A stretch of DNA of 64,000 nucleotides from Verrucomicrobiota bacterium (GCA_016871715.1 VHCO01000010.1:194-64193), one strand, 5' to 3'. Positions 39,011 through 48,012 are shown, counted from the stretch's first letter. The notes: a model not told the origin generated them from the sequence alone. Made by a program: numbers and translations.

Positions 39011-41157
39011 CGGCTTACCTTTACTCCTATCTTGTCGGCGGCGTGGTGTTCGCCGTCGGCCTCGGCTACGCCGCGAAACAAGGCTACATCGGGTTTTCCG
39101 GGCGCAAGCTGCGGAATCTGCTGCTGAGCCTGGGGGTGCTGCTGTTCTTCGCCCTGCTGCAAGGGTTGCTGCAGTTCGTCCCGATGACAGCCGCGCCGGC
39201 CCAGGCATACACCGGCGGCGCCGAGGAGGTGCTCGATGAGGGGAGCCGCATCCGCGGCACGGCGCTCGATTACCTGATCGTGGTCGCCTATTTCGGGCTG
39301 ATTCTGTTCAACGGCATTTACTTCGGGCGGCGGCAGAAGACCACGCGGGACTTTTTCTTTGGCGGGCAACGGTTCGCCTGGTGGCTGATTGCCATCAGCC
39401 TGATCGCAACGACGATCGGCTCGTACAGTTTCGTGAAGTACAGCGAGATGGGCTACCAGTACGGCCTGGGCGCCACCCAAGCGTATTGGAACGATTGGCT
39501 CTGGTTCCCCCTGCTGGTCTTTGGTTGGCTGCCGCTGTTGTATTTCTCGCGCATCGTGTCGGTGCCCGAGTACTTCGGTCGGCGCTACGGCCCGCAAGTT
39601 CGGCTCTACGCCACGGTCTATTTGCTGATCTATCTGGTCGGTTACGTGGGGGTGAACCTCTACACCATGGGCGTGGTGGTCCACATCCTGGTGGGCTGGC
39701 CCATTCCCCTCGCCGCGCTCGTCGTGGCCATGGTCTCGGCCACCTACGTCACCATCGGCGGCCAGAGCAGCGTCATCATGAACGACCTGATCAACGGTCT
39801 GTTTCTGCTCCTGGTCGGCGCGCTCATCTTCATTCTGGGCGCTTCCTACCTGGGTGGCTTCGACCTGCTGTGGCTCAACCTCCCCACGGAAGCGCGCCTG
39901 GCTTTTCCCAACTTCAACGAAGACCCGAGCTTCCCGGCCATCGGAGTCTTCTGGCAGGACGCCTTTGCCAACTCCGCCATGTTCTACTTCCTCAACCAAG
40001 GGATCATCATGCGCTTCATGGCCGCGAAATCCCTGGATGAGAGCCGCAAGGCCGCCACGGTGATGATGGTGGCTTTGATGTTCGTTGGCGCGCTGGTGGT
40101 GGCCTCCGGCGGTCTGGTCGCCCGGGCCTTCACAAACGCCGGCGTACTGCCCGAAGTGCCCGCTCGCGAGGCCTTCTTCATCGCCGCCGAACTGCTCAGT
40201 CACCCCGGCATCTTCGGCCTCATCCTCGCCGCCATGACCGCCGCGCTCATGTCCACCGTGGACACCCTCATTACGGCCGTGTCGGCCGTGACGGTGAACG
40301 ACCTCTACCGGCCCTACTTCCGCCCGCAGGCCACCGACCCCCAACTGCTGCGCGCCGCCCGCATCGCGGCGTTGAGCGTGAGCGCGATTGGAGTGCTGAT
40401 GGTCCCGGTGTTCATGCAGTTCGACTCGATCTATCGCGCGCACGCCGCGTTCACCGCCGCCGTGACGCCGCCGATGGTCGTCGCGCTGTTGCTGGCGGTG
40501 TTCTGGCGGCGGTTCACCCGGACGGCGGCGCTGTGGACCCTGGCGGGTGGCTTGGTGCTCATGACGGCCTCGATGCTCTTTCCAGCGATGATCAAGCCCT
40601 TCGCCCACGGTGTGGCGGGCGGGGACATCGCCTGGGACTTCTTGGGCGGCATGCGCGAGCAGACCTTCATGCGCGCCTGCTTCGGCGTCGTGTGCTGCGC
40701 GGCTATTGCCATCCTCGTCACCCTGCTCACCCGGCCCGAACCGGCGGAGAAGCAGCGCGGCCTTGTCTGGGGCACCATCCCCGATGCCTTGCACCGCTAC
40801 AAAGGATCGCCCGGACGCGAGGGCGAAGTCACTCGGGCCCTCGCCCGGCCGCAGCGATTGGAAAGGCGCCTGCCGCATTTCGGCGCCGCCGAACTGGAAG
40901 GTGTGCGCATCTCCGACACCGTGGCGCGCGCGCTCGACGCCCAGACTGGGGACTTGCTCTACGTCACCGACCCGCGCTGGTGGACCGGGGGCCTGCACTC
41001 GGCGCACGTCATCGTGGCGGAGATCGCCGCGCAACCCGGTCAGGCGACGGTGGCCCTGGACGAAGGCGCCTTCCGCAACGTCGTGGGCAACCGGTTGGAC
41101 CGCCCGGTCCGTATCGAGAAACTCTACGCCTCGGCGCCGGATCGAGGAAGCGCTTGA
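39007..41157 (+). CDS. Sodium:solute symporter family protein
   Basis: DFFFGG, SVPEYFGRRYG, AALMSTVDT, many TM helices. ATGA overlap with the HAD gene. Confidence 0.9.
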   Translation: MTAYLYSYLVGGVVFAVGLGYAAKQGYIGFSGRKLRNLLLSLGVLLFFALLQGLLQFVPMTAAPAQAYTGGAEEVLDEGSRIRGTALDYLIVVAYFGLILFNGIYFGRRQKTTRDFFFGGQRFAWWLIAISLIATTIGSYSFVKYSEMGYQYGLGATQAYWNDWLWFPLLVFGWLPLLYFSRIVSVPEYFGRRYGPQVRLYATVYLLIYLVGYVGVNLYTMGVVVHILVGWPIPLAALVVAMVSATYVTIGGQSSVIMNDLINGLFLLLVGALIFILGASYLGGFDLLWLNLPTEARLAFPNFNEDPSFPAIGVFWQDAFANSAMFYFLNQGIIMRFMAAKSLDESRKAATVMMVALMFVGALVVASGGLVARAFTNAGVLPEVPAREAFFIAAELLSHPGIFGLILAAMTAALMSTVDTLITAVSAVTVNDLYRPYFRPQATDPQLLRAARIAALSVSAIGVLMVPVFMQFDSIYRAHAAFTAAVTPPMVVALLLAVFWRRFTRTAALWTLAGGLVLMTASMLFPAMIKPFAHGVAGGDIAWDFLGGMREQTFMRACFGVVCCAAIAILVTLLTRPEPAEKQRGLVWGTIPDALHRYKGSPGREGEVTRALARPQRLERRLPHFGAAELEGVRISDTVARALDAQTGDLLYVTDPRWWTGGLHSAHVIVAEIAAQPGQATVALDEGAFRNVVGNRLDRPVRIEKLYASAPDRGSA

Positions 41158-42298
41158 ACCGCCGCGATTCGTAGACCTCGATCTTGTCTCCTGGTTTGCG
41201 AACGATGACGGCGGCGGCGCCCGGTACCTGCTCGACCAGGCGCAGGCCAGCTTGCGGGCCCAGCACGCTGACACTCGTGGCGAGTGCATCGGCGGTCGTG
41301 CCGTCTCGGGCGATGACGGTCACCAGACTGTGATCGGTCAGGCCAAGGCCCGTGCGCGGATCGACGATGTGCGAATACCGAACGCCATCGATCTCGACGT
41401 GCTGATAGAGGTCGCCGGACGTGGCGAGCGCAGCCTGGTCCAGGAGGACGTACCGAGCAGGCGGCGCGCCCGGGACATCGAGCGGGGCGATCTCGACCCG
41501 CCAACCGGCCTTGCCCGGCGGCGCCTCGCCGGCGGTCATGTCGCCGGCTGCCGTGACCAGTGCTCGGCGAAGGCCGAGCTCACGCAAGACCTCGAGGGCT
41601 TCGTCGGCAGCGAACCCCTTGCCAATGCCCCCGAGATCGAGCCGCATGCTCGGGACCGCAAGCGTCGCCGTGCGCGCTTTCGGATCGAGCACGAGGTGCT
41701 GGTAGCCCACGGCTTGGCGCGCCGCGGCCAATTGCGCCGGGGGCGGTAAGGCCCGCTGTCGCCGGGCGCGTCGCCACTGGTTGACGCACGGTCCCACCGT
41801 CACGTCGAAGGCGCCGCCGCTGCGGGCGGCAAACTGCTGCGCGCGCTCGAGCACGCGCCAGAGGTCGTCGCTGAGCCGCACAGCCTGACCGCTGCCCGAA
41901 GTGCGTGAGAGCCGGGTCAGTTCACTGTCGTCGCTGTAATCGCTCAGGCGCTCGTTGAGCTCGCCGATGCGGGCAAAGGCAGCCTCGGCCGCCCGGGTGG
42001 CCGTCGCCTCGTCCGGCGCGTAGAGCACGATGCGGAAGGGCACACCCATTTGCGGCTGGTTGAAGGCGTAGCGGTGCAACTCGACGGCCGGTGGGGAGAC
42101 ACAGCCGATAAGCATTGCGGCGAGAGAGATGGCGGCGAACGCCAGTTCGCCGCTGCTACGACGGAGGTGGGGCGCCGCCCCAAGAATCGACCGCGGGAAG
42201 GGCCGGCGCAACCCACGGGGCCTCGACCGAGGTCCTCGGGCTGAGGAATGGGTGAGAGCGGCGAACCCCAGTTCGCCGCTACGGCGGGCCGTGGCCAT
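41009..42298 (-). CDS. apbE: FAD:protein FMN transferase (ApbE family), probable lipoprotein
   Basis: QMGVPF, SGGAFDVTVGP, LDLGGIGKGFAAD, ATSGD, YSHIVDPRTG, ADALATS. Lipobox-like LIGC. Start uncertain; the 3' tail overlaps the convergent symporter by ~150 nt. Confidence 0.88.
   Translation of the reverse strand: MATARRSGELGFAALTHSSARGPRSRPRGLRRPFPRSILGAAPHLRRSSGELAFAAISLAAMLIGCVSPPAVELHRYAFNQPQMGVPFRIVLYAPDEATATRAAEAAFARIGELNERLSDYSDDSELTRLSRTSGSGQAVRLSDDLWRVLERAQQFAARSGGAFDVTVGPCVNQWRRARRQRALPPPAQLAAARQAVGYQHLVLDPKARTATLAVPSMRLDLGGIGKGFAADEALEVLRELGLRRALVTAAGDMTAGEAPPGKAGWRVEIAPLDVPGAPPARYVLLDQAALATSGDLYQHVEIDGVRYSHIVDPRTGLGLTDHSLVTVIARDGTTADALATSVSVLGPQAGLRLVEQVPGAAAVIVRKPGDKIEVYESRRFKRFLDPAPRRRVSRYGPGGPTGCPRRCGRRLRPGPPSPDRVARRSPPR
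42132..42282 (-). repeat. Two direct copies of a second GTAG-type palindrome (family B)
   Basis: Minus strand GTAGCGGCGAACTGGGGTTCGCCGCT (42257-42282) and GTAGCAGCGGCGAACTGGCGTTCGCCGC (42132-42159). Confidence 0.7.
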
Positions 42299-42329
42299 GG
42301 CCGAAGCTGGGATGGCGGGGCGCGGCTGC

Positions 42330-43499
42330 TTACTTAAGCTCGAGCTCGTCTTTGCTCGGCAACGGCGGGAACTTCGCGTGCGGCTCGGTCTGGTACCAAA
42401 AAGCGACCGAGGCGATGTCATCGCGCAAGGGCAGGTACCGGCCATCCTTCATCCAACCGAGCGCTTGGATGGTGACCTTGAGGTCTTGCTCGAAGCGGAT
42501 GGGGTCGACGATGTGCCAGCGGTAGAGGCCGAACCGGGTTTGGGCTTCGTAGAGGCCGTCCGGCCGGATCACCTGCGGCATGCCGGTATAGGGCGTCGAA
42601 AACTCGGTGTACCGTTTGCCGTCCGGACCGAGGGTCTCGAAGTTGTACGAACCGCAGAAGTAGTCTTCCGTGCCGGTCCCGCAGATGGTCGGGAACTCGT
42701 GGTCGCCGTCCATGTAGAACTTGATTTCGCCCTCGCCCCACCAGCCGCCGCTATGGACCTCCCAAGCCATATACGTGCCCACGTAATGCCCGCGGCCACG
42801 CACCCCGTCCAGAATGGTATAAAGGCCCTTGGTCTTGAGCGGGTCCTCGCGCCGGAACTGGGCGTGGAAATAGGCGGCATCGGCGGGCACCGTTGTGAGG
42901 GTGTAGTCGATCTGGTAGTAGATGGTGATTTGTTGGTCGTCGAGATTCTCGACGGTGATCTTAGCCTTCTTCCGGAACGGCATCTGCCAGTACGAATTGA
43001 ACGCGCTCCCCGGATTCACGCACACGGCCAGCGAGTTGATCTGGCAATACCGCGCCCAACCGCAAGCGAAGAAATCCCCCAACGGACACTCGACCGACGG
43101 TTCGGTTTCGTCGTCCCAGTAGAAGCGCAGGATCATCCAACGGGTGCGATCCAGCGGCGCCGGCGTCAGCCAGATATGCTGGATCGAGCCCGGGCCGTCG
43201 ATCTCCGCCATCGTAAACGTCGTCTTGGGCGGGATGCGCACATAGGGCGAGACTTTCCAGCCCTGGCCCAAATCTCGTGCCGCGTTTTTGGCTGGGCCGT
43301 CAGTCGACATAGCGGCCTTGCCTTTCTCGCCGGTGAAATTCTCGGGCGAAATCGAGCGCGACTTGGCATCCGAGAGTCGATAGAGGTTGCCCAGACCCAC
43401 GTTGAGGCCGTTGAAAGACCGTTCGGCGGCCCCGGCGCTGGTCATGCCGTGCCACGCGAGGGTGAGTGCGGTGAAGAAGAGAACCCAGTTCCGTTTCAT
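42330..43499 (-). CDS. DUF2961 / glycoside hydrolase family 172 protein, secreted
   Basis: SRSISPENFTGEKG, GPGSIQHIWLT, PLGDFF, YWQMPF, WWGEGEIKFY, GTGTEDYF. Signal peptide. Confidence 0.92.
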   Translation of the reverse strand: MKRNWVLFFTALTLAWHGMTSAGAAERSFNGLNVGLGNLYRLSDAKSRSISPENFTGEKGKAAMSTDGPAKNAARDLGQGWKVSPYVRIPPKTTFTMAEIDGPGSIQHIWLTPAPLDRTRWMILRFYWDDETEPSVECPLGDFFACGWARYCQINSLAVCVNPGSAFNSYWQMPFRKKAKITVENLDDQQITIYYQIDYTLTTVPADAAYFHAQFRREDPLKTKGLYTILDGVRGRGHYVGTYMAWEVHSGGWWGEGEIKFYMDGDHEFPTICGTGTEDYFCGSYNFETLGPDGKRYTEFSTPYTGMPQVIRPDGLYEAQTRFGLYRWHIVDPIRFEQDLKVTIQALGWMKDGRYLPLRDDIASVAFWYQTEPHAKFPPLPSKDELELK

Positions 43500-43575
43500 A
43501 GCATTGTGTCGATACGGTTCGCGGGTATGCTAGCGGGCAGGACCGAACATGCAACCCTCCTTCAAACCCTCCTCT

Positions 43576-43828
43576 AAGCCCTCACCCAGGCTCAGCACGA
43601 AGTGAGCCGTTCTGGGGACTGGCGGGTGACCGCCCCAAGGTGGTAGGGCGCGCAGTCCTCTGCGCGCCGTAAACCACTGTGGACACAGGAAGCCGCGGCG
43701 CGCAGAGGACTGCGCGCCCTACCGCCGAGCTGTAGTCCATCTCGGTGACTCATCAGCAAGCCCTCACCCAGGCTCAGCACGAAGTGAACCGTTCTGGGGA
43801 CTGGCCGATGACCGCCCCAAGGTGGTAG
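43576..43828. repeat. 71-bp direct repeat pair bracketing a perfect REP doublet (family A)
   Basis: Near-identical 43576-43646 and 43758-43828 (period 182). Perfect 28-bp inverted arms 43642-43669 and 43696-43723 with a 26-nt spacer. Confidence 0.9.
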
Positions 43829-43860
43829 CTTGCCCGGGTGCTTCGAAGAAGTTCGAGGGT

Positions 43861-44775
43861 ATGAAAGCCGAGCGGCTCTTCGCGCGTTGGCAGCGGCGCC
43901 GCCAACGGTTGCTGCAGGCAACCGACCTGCTCATCCGCCAGTGCCAGGCAGACGGGACCCCGGACCATGTGCACAACCTTCGCGTCACTCTGCGTCGACT
44001 GCGCCTCTTGACTCGCCTCGGCCGCCCGCTGCTCGATCGGCGCGCGACCGCTGCGTTTCGCATTTGGGCGCGGCGCGTTTCCAAAGCCACCAGCCCCGTC
44101 CGAGACCTCGACGTCGCGTGCGAGTGGTTCGCCGTGCGACCGGCGGCCGCCCGCCTGCTCGATCGAGGTTTGGCCCGCCGAGCTTCGTTGTGGCAGCGCG
44201 CCCGCAACCGCGTTCGTTCCCTGCCGGCCCGGACCCGGGCCGCACTCGAGCGGGTCGAACACGGGCGCCGGCGCTCGGCACGCCTGGCCCGACGGTTGAG
44301 CCGACTCGAGTCGCGACTGAGTGGGCACACGCAGCGGTTCCGGCCCAGGTTCTTTCGATTGGCGGAAGAGGAGCAGCATGAGTTCCGGCGCCGGCTTCGC
44401 CAGTGGCGCTATCTGCGGGAGTTGGCTCTGCCTCGCCAGGAACACGAAACCGACCGTCTCCTGCGGCGCTTGGTGCGGGCACAGGAAGCCACCGGCGAAG
44501 CTCAAAACCTCCGGCTGGCGGAGGCGGTCTTACTCAAGTGGCACCGAACGGGGCCGAGCGGCGGCAGCAGGGCGCGTGGTCCGCTACGCGCCGAGGCCTC
44601 CCTACTCGACAGCGGTCGGCGGCGCGCAGAGGACCGCGCGCCCTACCTGCGGACGGCCAGCGTGGGTGAGATTTCAACCGTGTTACGGCGCGAGTTAAGC
44701 CACCAACAGGCCACCCAACAGACACGGATCCAGCGGGCATTGGACCGCCTACAACCCCATTCGCGTGGTGACTGA
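43861..44775 (+). CDS. CHAD domain (polyphosphate-binding) protein
   Basis: VHNLRVTLRRLR, VRDLDV, HEFRRRLRQWRYLRE, QEATGEAQN; very Arg-rich. Confidence 0.8.
   Translation: MKAERLFARWQRRRQRLLQATDLLIRQCQADGTPDHVHNLRVTLRRLRLLTRLGRPLLDRRATAAFRIWARRVSKATSPVRDLDVACEWFAVRPAAARLLDRGLARRASLWQRARNRVRSLPARTRAALERVEHGRRRSARLARRLSRLESRLSGHTQRFRPRFFRLAEEEQHEFRRRLRQWRYLRELALPRQEHETDRLLRRLVRAQEATGEAQNLRLAEAVLLKWHRTGPSGGSRARGPLRAEASLLDSGRRRAEDRAPYLRTASVGEISTVLRRELSHQQATQQTRIQRALDRLQPHSRGD
44566..44647. repeat. REP doublet (family A) inside the CHAD coding sequence
   Basis: Degenerate left arm 44566-44593, 26-nt spacer, right arm CGGCGCGCAGAGGACCGCGCGCCCTACC 44620-44647. Confidence 0.8.
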
Positions 44776-44977
44776 TTCCGTCTCAGCCGAGGCGGAGAGG
44801 GGCGCCGGTCCTGTCCCTGCTTGTTGCTCAAGAGCTGCGTTGCGTCGTCGGCCGGACCCGGCCTCGTCCACCCTGCGAGCAGCGCGACTCTACTTGCCAC
44901 GCTCGATCGCCCCAAGGGAAACATCGGCAGAGGCCCACGGCGACTTAAGTCAGGACTTCGGACAGACTGACGGTGGG

Positions 44978-45042
44978 CGAACATCGACCGTCGAACTTCG
45001 AACACTGAACTTCGAACTTTGAACGTTGAACGAATGAACGAA
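44978..45042 (+). repeat. Degenerate heptamer tandem repeat (YGAACNN, about 9 units)
   Basis: cgaacat cgaccgt cgaactt cgaacac tgaactt cgaactt tgaacgt tgaacga atgaacga. Confidence 0.8.
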
Positions 45043-45130
45043 GGGACGACGGGCTACGGGCCATCGTGGGCGGTGCGAGGGAGCGAAGGCGGGCGAGGCC
45101 GGCCGGGACACCGTGCGGGTCGAACCGGGC

Positions 45131-45406
45131 TCAGCCGCCGGCGATCGCCGGGATGATGCTCAGCTCGTCGCCGTCCCGCAACGGCGTCGCTAACCGCTCG
45201 AGGAACCGGATGTCCTCCTCGTTCGCGTAGACATTGACGAACCGCCGCAGCGCACCTGACTCCTCGAACAATCGCTCCTGCAACCCCGGGTAACGAACCC
45301 GTAGCTCGGCCAGCGCACTCCCCACGGTCCCCGGCGCCACGTCCACGCGCTCGACCTGATCGGTCAACGCGCGCAAGGCAGCCGGGATACGGATCTTCAC
45401 GGGCAT
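45131..45406 (-). CDS. MoaD/ThiS family ubiquitin-like sulfur carrier
   Basis: MPVKIRIPAAL...RRFVNVYANEEDIRF...IIPAIAGG with C-terminal GG. Confidence 0.92.
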   Translation of the reverse strand: MPVKIRIPAALRALTDQVERVDVAPGTVGSALAELRVRYPGLQERLFEESGALRRFVNVYANEEDIRFLERLATPLRDGDELSIIPAIAGG

Positions 45407-45443
45407 GGTCAAGACAACCAGGAGCGGCGGTACCCGGCATCCA

Positions 45444-45830
45444 TTAGGCCGCGCCAATCAGGGCCTGATACCCAGCGGCATCCAACAGACCGCCGAGTTG
45501 GCCAGGGTCGGCCAATTTCAGTTTGTAGAACCAGCCCGCCCCGTAGGGATCGCTGTTCACCAACGCCGGTTGGTCCACCACGCTCGCGTTGACCGCCGTC
45601 ACCACCCCGCCCACGGGGGCGTAAACGTCGCTGGCGGTCTTGACCGACTCGACCACCGCGCACGCTTCCCCGGCAGCCACCGCACGGCCGACCGCCGGAA
45701 GTTCCACAAACACCACATCCGTCAACTCGTGCTGGGCATGGTCGCTGATACCGACGGTGGCGAGGTCGCCCTCGACCCGCACCCACTCGTGGGATTTGGC
45801 GTACCTGAGATCGGCCGGAACGTTGCTCAT
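45444..45830 (-). CDS. gcvH: Glycine cleavage system H protein
   Basis: [21 protein letters not shown] (lipoyl-Lys), NSDPYGAGW. Confidence 0.97.
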   Translation of the reverse strand: MSNVPADLRYAKSHEWVRVEGDLATVGISDHAQHELTDVVFVELPAVGRAVAAGEACAVVESVKTASDVYAPVGGVVTAVNASVVDQPALVNSDPYGAGWFYKLKLADPGQLGGLLDAAGYQALIGAA

Positions 45831-45902
45831 CGAGCTCAAGGGAGTCAGGAATCGCCGGCGAGGTCAATCCGCTTTTCGCCCTTAGCGCCCTGATGGGCAG
45901 GC

Positions 45903-47045
45903 TCAGCCTGGCCGGCGGTAGAGCGGCTTGCGCTGGACCACCACCGGCGCGCGGCGGCCGCGGATCTCGAGCTCGAGCGCCGTGCCGGGCGCCGCATACT
46001 CGAGCGGGACATAACCCAAGCCGATCCCCACTCCCAAGCTGGGACTCTGCGTGCCGCTGACGACCTGCCCGAGTCGGACCGAATTCGGTCCGGGGCTGAA
46101 AATCGAGTACTGGGGCCGGGGCGGCGGCGCCTTCTCCGTGAGCTTGAAAGCCACACACTTCTTGGGCACCCCCTGCTCCCGCTGCCGGACCAACGCCGCG
46201 CGCCCTACGAACGGTCCCTTATCCAACGCCACAAACGCCCCCAAACCAGCCTCCAACGGCGTGGTCTGCTCGTCGAGTTCATGGCCGTAGAGGGGGTAAC
46301 ACACCTCGGTTCGCAACGTGTCCCGCGCACCTAAACCCACCGGCCGCAACCCGTAGTCAGCCCCGGCCGCCAGCAACCGTTCCCAGACCCGCTCGACCTC
46401 GCGAACCGGCACGACCAACTCGAAGCCGTCCTCGCCCGTGTACCCCGTCCGCGCCAGGTACAGCGGGACACCCCCAAGCACAAAGGCGGCGAGTTGGTTC
46501 TTCCGCAGTTCAGTGGCGCGCGGAGCGATCGTCCCCGCGATCGAGCCGCCCGTAATCGCCTGGTCCATGAACTCCGCCACGCGCGGCCCCTGGACCGCTA
46601 GGGCGCCGTACTCAGCCGAGGCGTTCTTGAGGTGGAACCCGTCGCGGGTAGGGGCGGTCTCGACCTGGGTCTGGAGCCAGTCCCAATCCGCCGCGATTCT
46701 CCCCGCGTTCACGATCAAGAGGTATTCGTCCTCGCTCAGCCGATACGCATAGAGGTCGTCCACCACGCCGCCACTGGGCAAACACACCAAGGTGTACTGG
46801 CCCTGCCCGACCGTCAGCTTCCCCAGGTCGTTGGTGAGGACGTAGTTCAGGTACGCCGCCGCACCCGGCCCCACCACCAACAGCTCGCCCATGTGCGAGA
46901 TATCGAAGAGCCCAGCCGCCTGCCGTACCGCAAGGTGTTCCTCGACAATGCTGGTGTATTGGACCGGCATTTCCCAGCCGCCGAACTCGATGAGCCGTGC
47001 GCCTAGCCGCTGGTGCGCAGCGTAGAGCGGGGTGCGTTTAAGCAT
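45903..47045 (-). CDS. gcvT: Glycine cleavage system aminomethyltransferase T
   Basis: KRTPLY, FGGWEMPVQY, FDISHMGE, RTGYTGEDGFE, GLGARDTLRTE. Confidence 0.97.
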   Translation of the reverse strand: MLKRTPLYAAHQRLGARLIEFGGWEMPVQYTSIVEEHLAVRQAAGLFDISHMGELLVVGPGAAAYLNYVLTNDLGKLTVGQGQYTLVCLPSGGVVDDLYAYRLSEDEYLLIVNAGRIAADWDWLQTQVETAPTRDGFHLKNASAEYGALAVQGPRVAEFMDQAITGGSIAGTIAPRATELRKNQLAAFVLGGVPLYLARTGYTGEDGFELVVPVREVERVWERLLAAGADYGLRPVGLGARDTLRTEVCYPLYGHELDEQTTPLEAGLGAFVALDKGPFVGRAALVRQREQGVPKKCVAFKLTEKAPPPRPQYSIFSPGPNSVRLGQVVSGTQSPSLGVGIGLGYVPLEYAAPGTALELEIRGRRAPVVVQRKPLYRRPG

Positions 47046-47126
47046 AGGGTCCGGAGACGCTACCAACTCAGGCCCCAGCGTCAACGAGTTTGCAGCCAGC
47101 TAGCGTGCGGCCCTGGACCACAACCC

Positions 47127-47155
47127 TTGCCGCCTAGGCCCCAGACCACTACCTT
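47127..47155 (+). promoter_or_regulatory. Sigma70-like promoter, leaderless geometry
   Basis: TTGCCG-17nt-TACCTT-6nt-ATG(47162). Confidence 0.55.
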
Positions 47156-47161
47156 GCGCCC

Positions 47162-47983
47162 ATGAACTTGGAAGATCACCTGGGCGATGTCCTCCATAAA
47201 GGACGCCTCCACGCCGGTGTGGCGCCCGAAACCGTCGCCGCCGCCGCCGGCCTGAGCAGCGCGGAACTTGCCGCCGTCGAGGCCTCGGGCAACCCGCCGC
47301 GGCCGATGGATTACCGTGCCTTGGGCGCGTTGCTGGGCCTAGCTCCCAATAAACTGCAGGGCCTGGCGGCCGGTTGGCAACCGGCCCCGGTCGATTTAGG
47401 TCGGTGGCGCGAGTTGCGCCTGCTCACCTCCGTGGGCGGCGGCATGGGCGTCAACTGCTACTTGCTCTGGGACGAAGTCACCCGCGAGGCCGCCTTGTTC
47501 GACACCGGCTTCGACGCCGCGCCGATCCTCGAGTTGATTGCGGCCGAGCACCTGGACCTGCGTTACCTGTTCATCACCCACGGCCACCACGATCACATCG
47601 CCGCCCTCCCCGAGCTCAAACAGCGCCATCCCAAAGCCCGCCTCCGCTCGAACTCCCGTTCGGCCCCACCCGACCAGCGGAACCGGCCCAACGACTGTAT
47701 CTCCCTGGGCAGCCTGCGCATCACGAACCGCGACACCCCAGGCCATGCCGAGGACGGCGTCACCTACATCGTGGGCACCTGGCCCGACGACGCGCCCCAT
47801 GTCGCCATCGTGGGCGATGCCCTCTTTGCGGGCTCGATGGGCCGGGCTGTGGGCGCAGCCGCCTTGGCCCGCCAGAAAATCCGCGACCAGATCTTGTCCC
47901 TGCCCGCTCCCACGCTCCTGTGCCCCGGACATGGCCCGCTGACCACGGTGGCCGAGGAGCAAGCCAACAACCCCTTCTGCTGA
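47162..47983 (+). CDS. MBL-fold metallo-hydrolase (glyoxalase II-like) with N-terminal HTH-like region
   Basis: THGHHDH, TPGHA, GDALFAGS, PGHGP. Confidence 0.9.
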   Translation: MNLEDHLGDVLHKGRLHAGVAPETVAAAAGLSSAELAAVEASGNPPRPMDYRALGALLGLAPNKLQGLAAGWQPAPVDLGRWRELRLLTSVGGGMGVNCYLLWDEVTREAALFDTGFDAAPILELIAAEHLDLRYLFITHGHHDHIAALPELKQRHPKARLRSNSRSAPPDQRNRPNDCISLGSLRITNRDTPGHAEDGVTYIVGTWPDDAPHVAIVGDALFAGSMGRAVGAAALARQKIRDQILSLPAPTLLCPGHGPLTTVAEEQANNPFC

Positions 47984-48012
47984 GCCGACCGCCCCGGGGC
48001 GCGGCCATCGGC

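Noticed and set aside
43576-43828. Direct repeats as a CRISPR array
   Set aside because: Only two 71-bp units separated by a palindrome; no cas genes.
47046-47161. Glycine riboswitch upstream of gcvT
   Set aside because: The 116-nt gap is taken up by divergent promoter-like boxes and lacks the aptamer motifs.
47972-47983. NPFC-TGA at the end of the MBL hydrolase as a second Sec site
   Set aside because: NPF is the normal terminus for this family; the nearby hairpin lies between convergent genes and is better explained as a terminator-like structure.
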